Source: Candidatus Saccharimonadota bacterium (GTDB lineage Bacteria; Patescibacteriota; Saccharimonadia; Saccharimonadales; SZUA-47). From it: a DNA stretch of 64,000 nucleotides. Shown here piece by piece: positions 53,701 through 62,700 of this stretch. The stretch spans positions 321,449 through 385,448 of the forward strand of contig CP065013.1 of NCBI GenBank assembly GCA_016700315.1, written 5' to 3'. How positions within the stretch are numbered: position 1 is the first letter of the stretch; every line of letters begins with the position of its first letter. Under the pieces are notes generated by a model that searched no databases, was not told where the DNA came from, and saw nothing but the letters and a program-made list of their open reading frames with translations. Made by a program: the position numbers and the translations under genes.

Positions 53701-54171
53701 CTTGACCAATCAAGGCAGGCAACAGTAGGCAAACGCGAAGATTCAATAGAATGGCAAAACTATGCTACCGAACTGGCCTTTGTGAAATCACTGCATGAAA
53801 CTGCTAGGAGCACTAAGCCAGAGCTAGCAAAACTATTAGGAAGAGCTCTTCAGACAAAGCTAACTCCGATAGATTACACTGCTACTGTCTATGACGAAAA
53901 AGTAGGTTTACCACCCCTAGACGGCACGCCAGCCAAAACAATTAGGGTGCCCAGGACGGAGCAGCGTCAAGCCTCTACTGTGCTTGAGCAGATGGCCTAC
54001 GTTGGCAGCGTGCCCGTTTTAGCTAAAACTATGGAAGCGATGCATATGGAGTATAACAGTACGATTCAGGCAGAGCTAAGAGGGCAGGCAGCAGCAGAAG
54101 AAATGGCCAGAAGAGGACAGCCCCCTGGTGGCACCCTAAACCAACAGCCTGGTGGCCCCAAACCTTTTTAG
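50719..54171 (+). CDS. VirB6/TrbL-like polytopic membrane protein with large N- and C-terminal extensions (1150 aa)
   Basis: Signal peptide and a ~320-aa extracytoplasmic region, then a ~250-aa block of 6 or more TM helices (aa ~350-600). A ~550-aa charged C-terminal region follows. It is divergent from the pilin operon. Confidence 0.6.
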   Translation: MVRNKLSSIYPLVVFIILLLASSMQSILLGNSQAFAATNPKVPCTTFSNDKIVGDTKLDWVDRAHIRAVIGGDVTNTLFFEDVNIDDQVDQFEVMNYDGCFGRVNLPDRTGLVSNKDSTAILDLDFKDNNDSSSQNTDPGKVSIIVGSRQNSKILYRYTDSSHITYVANGKADGDQVGWDGTFTQSTSNPNLFLQDRDTAETCRDRISVQPDGRVIFYALSKDGSVPSPPDAHDPSCKVGYVNNNITPPVRSDGSLDTTASSIPIAPVDNGSSYAGLAPLPGGVGDASATEPSCESEGGSFSWLMCPALELVSGILNFIDSQLNSLLNLPDSYYKCQPDGSGCTVKNAWSRMRNLAYIILIPVMLVMVISTALGFKFVDAYTVKRAMPRLLAAVIFISLSLPIVTIMADIANGVGKGIMGLILGAVTGDNANNITLASLFDPGLGGDGLLAVGIGGGGLLVAGLAASTMAIGLIGVVLLFGLSAVASIIVLFFVMALRQMILVTLMILSPLAILSWIFPGNDKLWKIWKESFTKLLMLYPIVMLLIASGKAFAFIVDGVSESSFLNRILVLVAYIAPYFLIKGTFKLAGSTFGNLAGMVNDRSKGFFDRNRKMRSKLLGNTASKGWKSMRNNKFLPGGEGHNFSERLNHRLGRLANMDAAFDGGIRKALNKDYRASQIDARETENKAHEMAEILKKAGPHMKLDDFSGLASAVSGELSTEDLRDRFLKIWGEGKVKGWENLVEFEMQDGKFVLDDKGNKVVARDKRGIAIASAQGNQRLTSTLDKISSIHHEKGSTEAIREALVQAETFGTDTKALDEYVAYFDAQKRKYDEQSLEMAYVQAANEGGTYYSNEEHLLRAAEKSTRGNSSLRAHMAATQRGVAVNAGRADLGGGAFGRTFARMAEISELDREIRETEIEGNRKLKAAVESGNEEQIKTVRNENDRKIRELRTRKDERAFNYADHMYENSPASIALHHQMKTGSMGLNYISTLMRRLDQSRQATVGKREDSIEWQNYATELAFVKSLHETARSTKPELAKLLGRALQTKLTPIDYTATVYDEKVGLPPLDGTPAKTIRVPRTEQRQASTVLEQMAYVGSVPVLAKTMEAMHMEYNSTIQAELRGQAAAEEMARRGQPPGGTLNQQPGGPKPF

Positions 54172-54191
54172 GAAATCGACTTTTGTAGTAA

Positions 54192-54974
54192 TTATATGAG
54201 AGATCTTATGTAATGGTCTTGAGACGGGTGCCCTGTATGGGTACTAACCTGAACCTTACCTTCATGATTTATAAGAGCTCTCAAAGCATACTTTTTGTCA
54301 GGGTAAAGTCTCGTGCCATACTGCAAAAAGACAGTAGATTGACTATCTCCACCATCTGACTGGTCAATAAAGCGATGTTTCTTATATGCGCGCAAGGCCT
54401 GCAATAATATATAGTCTGAAAAACTGAGCATGTTTTCTCCCTCAACTGCCCCATACATGTCTTCAAAATTAAACTTCATTTTTTGGGCGTTAGGCACAAT
54501 CTTATTTTCACCTGAATTCTTTGTTAGTTTGTGGCCAACAACTGTGCCGTTATCGATATTCTGACCTCCTGTACTACGCTTATTCAACAATTCGTTAGGG
54601 AAATAATCAAGAATATCTATACCCTCTAATGAAATTATCCCACCTATGTGTCTAAAAGCATTGTTGACTCGTTTAACTAAATCAATTGGCCCAAAACCAT
54701 CAACGAAGTTTATGGCTACTACTGGCTCAATACGCGTATACTTGTCTGCCTTGCTCGAAAATAGATCGTGAATCTGAGTTAGAATCTTCATGTAGTTTCG
54801 CTCTCGTTCTGCGGGGGGCATAAGTCCCGCTATAGTATAAACATTAACTATATTTCTTGCTTCGTCTGCAGGTTCTAATATGCCCGGGAAGGATTTCGGG
54901 TATCCAGCTTTATGCTGTGGTGGTAGCTTAGTTTCAGGGGTCAGAACTTTGCTTAGAACTATAGGGTTAGACAT
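54192..54974 (-). CDS. hypothetical protein (260 aa), opposite strand inside the T4SS locus
   Basis: ORF only. No TM, signal peptide or motif recognised. Confidence 0.5.
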   Translation of the reverse strand: MSNPIVLSKVLTPETKLPPQHKAGYPKSFPGILEPADEARNIVNVYTIAGLMPPAERERNYMKILTQIHDLFSSKADKYTRIEPVVAINFVDGFGPIDLVKRVNNAFRHIGGIISLEGIDILDYFPNELLNKRSTGGQNIDNGTVVGHKLTKNSGENKIVPNAQKMKFNFEDMYGAVEGENMLSFSDYILLQALRAYKKHRFIDQSDGGDSQSTVFLQYGTRLYPDKKYALRALINHEGKVQVSTHTGHPSQDHYIRSLI

Positions 54975-55097
54975 GATGATATTTTAGCATGAATGGTAAT
55001 ATTGTCAATATTAGTGTACGAGTTGATTCTTGCGTGCACTCGTCTACACCTCACTAGAACCTTGTGTCTCTTGCCATACGCCTTGTACAATTAGCTT

Positions 55098-56378
55098 ATG
55101 GCTACTTATAAGGTGATCCAGGATATTGAGGCTGAGGATAAGTTAGTTGGCCCGCTGAGTTTGAAGCAATTTATCTTTGCCTTGATAGCAATTTTCCTTG
55201 GATTTTTGATATTTAAGTTGGCAATCGCGGAAGTCTTGGGCCTACTGCGTTGGCTATTTATAACTCTGCTGTTGCCGCCAACCTTACTTTTTGCGGTGCT
55301 GGCAGCTCCAATTGGTGGCGACCAATCGACCGAATTATGGCTATTAGCTAGGATAAGATTTATGCTAAAACCTCGAAAGCGGATATGGAACCAGGCTGGG
55401 CCAAAACAGCTGGTCACTATAACCGCACCAAAAAAGCTTGAAAGACGGCTTACAAAAAACTTTAGCCAAGACGAAGCCAGAAGCCGGCTAGGAGCTTTGG
55501 CTAATGTTATGGACAGCCGCGGCTGGGCAGTTAAGAACGTAAATGTTAATCTAAATGTAATGCAGAATGACGGTTATACCAGTGAAGATGACGACAGGCT
55601 GACTCCCGCCCTAGCAGTACCACAACAGGTGGAAATGGCCGACATATCTGCTGCCGACGACATCCTTGATGAATCAAACAACTCTACTGCGCAACATTTT
55701 GACGAACTGATCGATGAGAGTGAGCGGGAGCACCGCGATTTGCTACAAGAACAAATTGACCGCGCTCGATATGAAAAGCAGACAACCTCGTTGCCAGAGC
55801 CAAACGTACCAGAATCTGTCAACATGTGGTTCGAGGGTAAGGGCAGACAGCCAAACGTCGATCAAGGAACTAGCGAAAGGGTGGCAGTACCAAATGCACA
55901 CCCTAAAGAAGAAGAGACCTTAGAGTATGCGGATTTGCCCGACGTAAATTATGTGCATGGTGGTGGTGGCCAAACTATCACCCCAGGTACGGCAAGCGTT
56001 AGCTCTATAGCCGCAGCCGGTTCGACCTCTACAACAAACGATGCCGCTGACCCCTCTAGTCTCGACGAAAAGGAACTGCTAGAGAAGGTCCGGCAGAAGC
56101 AAACGCAATCGTCGCAAGCTAACACCTTCGGACATTTGAAACGACTTAAGCCATTACAGGGGAGCGGGGGTGACAGGGAGCAGAAAGAAGGGAACGAGGA
56201 ACGAGAAGTAGGTGACGGTGAGGAGCAAGATAAGCAAAAGCAGGATAGCCCCAAAAGCCCCAACCCTGTTATAATTAACATGTCCAAAGACAACGACAAA
56301 ACAGTGTCCACACTGGCACGCCAGGCCCGTGAAAATAAAACAGGCGACGGCGAAGTTGTTTTCCATATTGATCATTAG
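55098..56378 (+). CDS. PrgI/VirB3-like membrane protein with a long acidic, disordered C-terminal extension
   Basis: N-terminus YKVIQDIEAEDKLVGPLSLKQFIFALIAIFLGFLIF plus a second TM pair matches the PrgI-family opening pattern. The C-terminal ~300 aa are low-complexity. Confidence 0.5.
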   Translation: MATYKVIQDIEAEDKLVGPLSLKQFIFALIAIFLGFLIFKLAIAEVLGLLRWLFITLLLPPTLLFAVLAAPIGGDQSTELWLLARIRFMLKPRKRIWNQAGPKQLVTITAPKKLERRLTKNFSQDEARSRLGALANVMDSRGWAVKNVNVNLNVMQNDGYTSEDDDRLTPALAVPQQVEMADISAADDILDESNNSTAQHFDELIDESEREHRDLLQEQIDRARYEKQTTSLPEPNVPESVNMWFEGKGRQPNVDQGTSERVAVPNAHPKEEETLEYADLPDVNYVHGGGGQTITPGTASVSSIAAAGSTSTTNDAADPSSLDEKELLEKVRQKQTQSSQANTFGHLKRLKPLQGSGGDREQKEGNEEREVGDGEEQDKQKQDSPKSPNPVIINMSKDNDKTVSTLARQARENKTGDGEVVFHIDH

Positions 56379-56401
56379 TAAAGGGGTGCGAGCGTTTTTG
56401 A

Positions 56402-57211
56402 ATGAATCCTAATAATTTTCGAACTGGTTCAGGAGCTAGCAACCAAGCCAATGTGATTGGCCCACAACAGTCAACAGCAAAAAATAACTCGAATAGCACC
56501 CAGAACACACTTCAAATTGCCGAAATTCGCGATGGAATTGTGATTATGAACGATGGCACTTACCGAGCGGTCTTAATGTGTAAGAGCATTAACTTCGATC
56601 TAATGAGTACCCAGGAACGCGAAGGCGTAGAGTACGCCTATCAAGGCTTTCTGAACTCGCTTTACTACCCGATTCAGATTTTCATCCGTAGCCAAAAAGT
56701 TGACTTAAGACCGTATCTAGAGAAGATGCAAAAAATACGCAGCGAGCATGACAACATGCTTTTGGCGCTCATGATGGAGGACTACATTTCCTACATGGCA
56801 TCTCTGGCCGACCAAGTTAATATCATGGATAAAAAGTTCTACGTGGTAGTACCCTTTATACCAACCGTTGACGCTCAGGCCATTGTCCAAGGTAGCAAGA
56901 ACTTTTTGAGTGGGCTATCTAGTACTTTCAACAAAAAAGAAAGCCATGTCACCATCAACGAAGCAGAGTTGCAAAAAGCCAAGGATGAGCTGAAAAACCG
57001 CGTCCAATCCGTCATGCAAGGTCTGATGCAATGTTCTGTGCAGAGTCTCCCGCTCGATACTCAAGAGCTAATAGAGCTTTTCTACGACTTTTATAACCCA
57101 GACACCGCTACAAGACAGCAGATAAAAAACTTTGATGATCTGAGCGTGCCTGTGATCACTAAAGGCCAGGGTCAAGCACCGCAACCGCAGTTGAATAGGA
57201 CTTTGCAGTAA
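56402..57211 (+). CDS. protein resembling the N-terminal domain of Gram-positive VirB4-type ATPases (269 aa)
   Basis: LQIAEIRDGIVIMNDGTYRAVLMCKSINFDLMSTQEREGVEYAYQGFLNSLYYPIQIFIRSQKVDL matches the opening domain pattern of Tn916 Orf16 / PrgJ-type VirB4 as I recall it. Its stop overlaps the start of the four-helix-bundle gene (TAATG). Confidence 0.45.
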   Translation: MNPNNFRTGSGASNQANVIGPQQSTAKNNSNSTQNTLQIAEIRDGIVIMNDGTYRAVLMCKSINFDLMSTQEREGVEYAYQGFLNSLYYPIQIFIRSQKVDLRPYLEKMQKIRSEHDNMLLALMMEDYISYMASLADQVNIMDKKFYVVVPFIPTVDAQAIVQGSKNFLSGLSSTFNKKESHVTINEAELQKAKDELKNRVQSVMQGLMQCSVQSLPLDTQELIELFYDFYNPDTATRQQIKNFDDLSVPVITKGQGQAPQPQLNRTLQ

Positions 57212-57669
57212 TGAACGAGGAACGAGGAACGAGGAACGAGGAGAATAACATAATTTCTTCCGTTTCGATTATCGGGAACGAGGAACGAGGAACGAGGAAC
57301 GACAGCAAGATTAAAACTTTCTTTGATTTGGATGCCTGGCAGGAGTCTCATAATCTGTGCCTGCTTTCCTACAAATTAACAAAAAGTTTTCCAAATGAGG
57401 AATTGTACGGCCTAACAAGCCAACTTAGACGAGCAGCGGTGTCCGTTACATCAAATATTGCTGAAGGATTTTCAAGAGAAAGCTACTCTTATAAATGTCA
57501 TTTTTATACTATGGCTCACACGTCTATATCTGAACTAATTTCGCAAGCATACTTAGCAAAAGATCTGACGTATATTAAGCCAGATGAGTTTGATTCATAT
57601 TATGAGCTAGCCCAAAAAGCTTATAAAATTCTTGGCGGCCTGATAAAAGCAACTAAGGAGCGAAAATGA
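57211..57669 (+). CDS. four-helix-bundle protein (23S rRNA intervening-sequence protein / Avd family)
   Basis: Hallmark LDAWQESHNLCLLSYKLTKSFPNEELYGLTSQLRRAAVSVTSNIAEGFSR...ELISQAYLAKDLTYI. The first ~30 codons are encoded by the heptamer arrays (NEERGTRNEE...NEERGTRND). Confidence 0.8.
   Translation: MNEERGTRNEENNIISSVSIIGNEERGTRNDSKIKTFFDLDAWQESHNLCLLSYKLTKSFPNEELYGLTSQLRRAAVSVTSNIAEGFSRESYSYKCHFYTMAHTSISELISQAYLAKDLTYIKPDEFDSYYELAQKAYKILGGLIKATKERK
57213..57303 (+). repeat. two in-phase heptamer arrays, (GAACGAG)x4 and (GAACGAG)x3 plus GAACGAC, at the left end of the four-helix-bundle cassette
   Basis: The arrays are at 57213-57240 and 57276-57303. Their offset is 63 nt, which is 9 x 7. 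Confidence 0.85.
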
Positions 57670-57710
57670 GCCTACGCAAACAAGAAATTATTTTTCCTAG
57701 CATTTTATCG

Positions 57711-57738
57711 TCGTTCATCGTTCATCGTTCATCGTTCT
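57711..57738 (-). repeat. heptamer array (TCGTTCA)x3 plus TCGTTCT at the right end of the cassette
   Basis: tcgttcatcgttcatcgttcatcgttct. The reverse complement is (TGAACGA)n, so the GAACGA core is inverted relative to the left arrays. Confidence 0.85.
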
Positions 57739-57766
57739 GCATTACAAAACCCAAGGGGGTTTTGTA

Positions 57767-59698
57767 ATGTTTGGACGAAAGAAACAACAGCAGCTTGACC
57801 CAATTGCTCTAGCACAAGCCCAACGCGACAGAGAACAAGCCGAGGTCGCGGCGGCTTTCCAAAAAGGTATCACCGAGCTTCGAGACTTTATTGCTCCTGC
57901 CAGCCTAGAGTTCAAGTCTAGCAGTGTCCAAATTGGGACTAGATTAGCAAGAACATACTACGTTTACGGCTACCCCCGTAGTCTATACACTGGCTGGATG
58001 AGTGGCATGGTCAACATTGACGAGGTAATAGATTTATCCATCTATGTTTACCCTGTTGAGAGCCAGGTAGTGATGGAGAACTTGCGCAAAAAGGTCACCC
58101 AGCTTGAAGCCGGCCTAATGATCGATGCCGACAAGGGACGCGTGCGCGACCCTGCAAAACAGGCAGCAATCCAAGACGCTGAAGAAATGCGCGATAAGCT
58201 TCAGGTTGGCGAAGAGAAGTTCTTCCGACTAGGCTTCTACTTCACAATCTATGCTCGAGATGACGAGGAGCTAGAATTTGTCGCACATAAAGTTGAAAGC
58301 CTGCTTGGCCAGCAGCTTGTCTACAGCAAACCTTCTAGTGCACAGCAAGAGCAGGGGCTAAATTCCGTTGCTCCACAGTTTGTAGACCAGCTGCAAATAC
58401 GACGAAACATGAGCACCGGCGCCATAAGCACTTCCTTCCCTTTTACTAGCGCCGATTTGACCCAAGATAACGGTATACTTTACGGCATCAATATGCACAA
58501 CTCCGGCCTAGTGATATTTGATCGATTCTCGCTCGAAAACAGCAACTCGGTTGTCTTTGCAAAGTCTGGAGCTGGCAAAAGCTTCACCGTAAAGCTTGAG
58601 GCGCTGCGTAGTATGATGTTTGGTACTGAGATATTTATAATTGACCCAGAGAATGAATACCAGCGGATGTGTGAAGCCGTCGGCGGCGCCTATGTTCGCT
58701 TAAGCTTGAGCTCTTCAACCCGTATCAATCCGTTTGACCTACCGAGAGTCATAGACGCCGAAGACGGTGACAACCCCCTGCGTTCAAACCTCATTACGCT
58801 ACACGGTCTGCTGCGTTTGATGATGGGTGGCGCCCAAGCTCAGATGGCTGCCAGCCAAGGAGCGCAAGGCTCTGTCATGATGCCGGCTCTAGCACCAAGT
58901 GAAGAGGCCGACCTCGATGCTGCACTTATTGAAACCTACGCCAAGGCGGGCATCACCAACGACCCGCTAACGCACGGCTCTATGCCTCCTACAATCTCAG
59001 ATCTATATGAAACACTGCTTCACATGGGTGGCAACGGCCCGCAGCTAGCCCAACGCTTGCGTAAATACACCAGCGGAACCTTTGCTGGTATTTTTAGCCA
59101 GCAAAGCAACATCGATATCAACAATGCTATGGTCGTTTTTAACATTCGTGATCTTGAGGATGAGCTCCGCCCAGTCGCCATGTATATAGTTCTAAACTTC
59201 ATTTGGAACAAAACAAAAACCGACAAAAAACGGCGCATCTTGATCGTTGACGAAGCTTGGCAGCTGATGAAATATGAGGATTCAGCCAGTTTCTTGTTTA
59301 GCCTGGCCAAACGAGCTCGTAAATACAACCTTGGTATCACCACCATTACTCAGGACGTGGAAGATTTTATGGGCTCTCGTATGGGGCGGGCAATCGTTGC
59401 TAACGCCAGCATGCAGATTTTGCTCAAGCAATCGCCGTCAGCCGTTGATGTTTTGAGTGACGTTTTTAAGCTTACCAGCGAGGAAAAGAAACGTCTCAGC
59501 CAGTTCCCGGTAGGACAAGGCCTCTTCTTTGCTGGCCAAAATCACGTTCATATACAAATCGCCGCAAGCCCAACCGAACAAAGTCTCATCACCACCAATC
59601 CTGGCGACAACAGAACACAGCAGATCCAATTTTATGGCCAGGCTCAGGGTGATGTGAGCTTGGAAACGGCCAGCTCAGGGAGTGTGGAGCTAAGGTAA
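57767..59698 (+). CDS. virB4: VirB4-family type IV secretion ATPase (central and ATPase domains)
   Basis: FIAPASLEFKSSSVQIGTRLARTYYVYGYPRSLYTGWMSGMV, Walker A FAKSGAGKSF, Walker B RILIVDEAW, and GITTITQDVEDF. Confidence 0.85.
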   Translation: MFGRKKQQQLDPIALAQAQRDREQAEVAAAFQKGITELRDFIAPASLEFKSSSVQIGTRLARTYYVYGYPRSLYTGWMSGMVNIDEVIDLSIYVYPVESQVVMENLRKKVTQLEAGLMIDADKGRVRDPAKQAAIQDAEEMRDKLQVGEEKFFRLGFYFTIYARDDEELEFVAHKVESLLGQQLVYSKPSSAQQEQGLNSVAPQFVDQLQIRRNMSTGAISTSFPFTSADLTQDNGILYGINMHNSGLVIFDRFSLENSNSVVFAKSGAGKSFTVKLEALRSMMFGTEIFIIDPENEYQRMCEAVGGAYVRLSLSSSTRINPFDLPRVIDAEDGDNPLRSNLITLHGLLRLMMGGAQAQMAASQGAQGSVMMPALAPSEEADLDAALIETYAKAGITNDPLTHGSMPPTISDLYETLLHMGGNGPQLAQRLRKYTSGTFAGIFSQQSNIDINNAMVVFNIRDLEDELRPVAMYIVLNFIWNKTKTDKKRRILIVDEAWQLMKYEDSASFLFSLAKRARKYNLGITTITQDVEDFMGSRMGRAIVANASMQILLKQSPSAVDVLSDVFKLTSEEKKRLSQFPVGQGLFFAGQNHVHIQIAASPTEQSLITTNPGDNRTQQIQFYGQAQGDVSLETASSGSVELR

Positions 59699-59701
59699 AT
59701 C

Positions 59702-62700
59702 ATGTCACCCCAACGATTGATCGACCCAGAAATAGACCCAAGCTGGTACAACGAAAGTGATGAGGCTGAGGCAACTCGCTTGGCCGAGCTTGACGCGCTG
59801 CAGGCTAGCTGGGATGCGGATAATGCCGAATACGACGAGGGCAATCCTCGTAACAAAGCCGAGCCAAGCGAAGATGAAGAAGATGACGACATTGAATCGT
59901 CAGAGCAAAACGCTGATACTGACGACGGCCAAACAACTGCCGACACAGCAGCCACAGACAACGAAGCTAGTAATAACCCAGAAATCCCGTACTCGGACAG
60001 CCCTAAGAAAAAAAGTATCATGTCAAAGCAACGAGCTGCGGTTGCCGCAGGTATTACTGCTGGCATAGCAAGCATCGTTATTGGGATTGTCATGCTATTG
60101 CCGCAGTTAATAGTTAATAACCTGCGTGAGTGGATTTTCCAAAAAACTGGGAAAATTCAAAGTAGCCAAGCTTTAAAGTATTCAAGACCACTACGTTTGA
60201 AAATGAGCGACGTATTCAATCGTGACGGTAGACGCGGTAAAAAAATAATAACGGAAATGAGCAAAAGAGGCTTCATTTTTAAATATGACTCCAAAGGAAA
60301 TATTGCGGAAATAATCGATCAAAGCGGTAATTCCGTAAAGGGAACGGCAATCGCTGGTACCATTGAGAAACACCTTGACGATGCACACCCGATAAAAAAT
60401 ATTGTATCAAAAAACTGGAAAACTAAAGGAATGAACGCCTTCTATACGAGGTTTGGCGTTAGTAGGGCATCCCCGGTTGAAGTTAAGGACGCGGCCGACT
60501 TACAAAATGTCGAGAAGACTATTAATAAGAATATCTCTAGAGGCGTCTTGCAAGGTGAGGCATCTGAGAATGTCATAAACAGCGCGCCCGTCGATGAAAA
60601 CGGAAATCCTGTGCAAGAATCGCCAGAGCAAATTAAGGCAAGGCAAGCGGCTCAGGCCGACGCAGCACAATTCGCTAAAGACAGTGGGCTAACAGGTCCC
60701 ATAAAAAGCGCTGCTCTAGATGGTGAGAATCTAGATAATTCAGCTATACCTTTGGCTAAAGCAATAGACGGCATAGAGTCTGCACCAACTAAAGAGGCGC
60801 TAGACGCAGTTAAAAACACTGTTGAATCTGGAAGTGTTTTAGGATTTTTGAAAAGCCTAACTTTGACTGGTACGGTGGATAAGTTTTGCACGGCACGCAA
60901 CCGACTAAATGGGGCCTCAATCGCTGGCAGAATAGTTAGGTCACTATCCTTAATCAGATATTCCTCCCTGTTCGTAGGAGCGGCAGACGGCGTAAGGACT
61001 GGGAAGTCCAACGCTAAGCTAGTAAAAGAGATGATGAAGCGGGTCATGGGGCGCGACAAAAACAATCGGCCATTTGGCGATTCTGAAGGTCTAAAAAGAG
61101 CTTTACTAAATAAATTTAGCAGAAGCCGCAACGACTCAACTAAGTCAAAAGTTAGTACAGATGGTGATCTGGGTGGAGTATTTGGTGTTCTCCAAAGCAA
61201 ATTCAACAATATTCCTGGATGCTCTATAGCCCAAAACCCTTTCGCTCAGATACTGGAGCCAGTCGCGCAGGTTGCCATTGCGGCCTTTACTGGTGGCGCC
61301 GGGGAAGCAGGAGTTCAAGCAGGGATCCAGGCGTCTAAAGAAGCGGTGGTTCTATACTTTAGGAATTTTTTACAGAATGTTATGACAAAACAGTTCGCAG
61401 TAAAGTTCTTAGCTTCAACCATAGCCAGTATTGGCATAAGCGAGATTATGTCACTAGTGCAGCTTTACGCAGAGAAAACAATGTATTTTAATTTTACTGG
61501 CCAGGAGCGAGGCGGGTCATTGGCAGACATAAATTTTGCTGGTGGAGGGGCCGCAAATAAAATGCGTTGGTTACAGGCTGGTTATGTGCCCGCAACTCCC
61601 GAACAGTATTCCCAGATCGAGACTGCATATCTAAACGAAAACGCACAAGATTTTAAAAAACTAGGATTCTTCCAAAGAATCTTCGATAGCGGCAATGAGA
61701 AATCCTTAGCCTACCAACTAGCTGCTAGAACTGTAATTAATACACCTGGTGGGACCGAGGGCCTGGCTATTTTACCAAGTAATCTTTTCAGAATGGCTAC
61801 GACTACGCTTAGAGCAGAACCTCTCGCCAACCTGGCATCAAATCTGGTCGGCGGTAAAGCCTACGCTGCTGCTGAGAATAGTGACAGTATTAGTTTTCTG
61901 GATTACAAAATAAGCAATCGAGATATACACCTGGCAACTGATCAAGCCGGTAACAATCTAGTCGTGATGAGAGATGACATTCGCTCGATACTAGAAGACC
62001 CTATTGCTAATCAGGACTTCTTGCTTAGTAATCAAAATGGGGGGCCCTACATCGATTCTGTTGGCTTTAAGCCAATTGGCGACTTCGCGGAACATGTAAA
62101 AAACTGCGTTACTAACCCAAATATAATTAGTGCGCTTGAGGCTCACGACCCGAGTGATCCTTCCCCAAAAACCGACTGTCTAGCCAACAGCCCACTAACC
62201 CAGAGGTTTAAGGCACACTTGGCCTGGCTGGACGCCCAAGACAGTTTCGACGCGGAGATCATACCCGAAGACATTGATACCGGTGCAGGCCCCTCTTTAG
62301 GCGGCAACTCGACTATTGTCGATTGTTCTGCGGCACGAGGTAACGGCAAAATAGTCTGTGCAGCGCAAGCATACAGTGGCATCCCTTACGCCCATGCCCG
62401 ACCAGGCTACGAAAACGCTTTAAGGGGTGGGGGCAATGCCGAGGCGTGGCTAGCGAAAAATAATAATGACCTAAACTTTATCCGCACAAATGCTTTCGTC
62501 GAATGTAGCGGCTTCGCCAACCTATCACTATGGATAGCCTACCAGTACAAGACTAAGAATGGTTGCTCTAAAGACTACGCTATGGGTACCGACCCAAATG
62601 TAACACCAGTTCTCTCGCCAGCAGCAGTAAGGGGCGGGCAAAAACTCTCAACCAGCATGCTTCAAGCTGGGGACTTCTTAACCATAAGTGAGAGCTGTAA

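Noticed and set aside
57211-57669. Diversity-generating retroelement (the four-helix-bundle protein is Avd-family)
   Set aside because: There is no reverse transcriptase gene and no template/variable repeat pair with adenine-specific differences anywhere in the window. I keep it only as a family relationship.
59644-61209. Antisense ORFs 59644-60093 and 60652-61209
   Set aside because: These are shadow ORFs opposite the 1069-aa hydrolase gene. They are Ser/Ala/Leu-rich with no start context.
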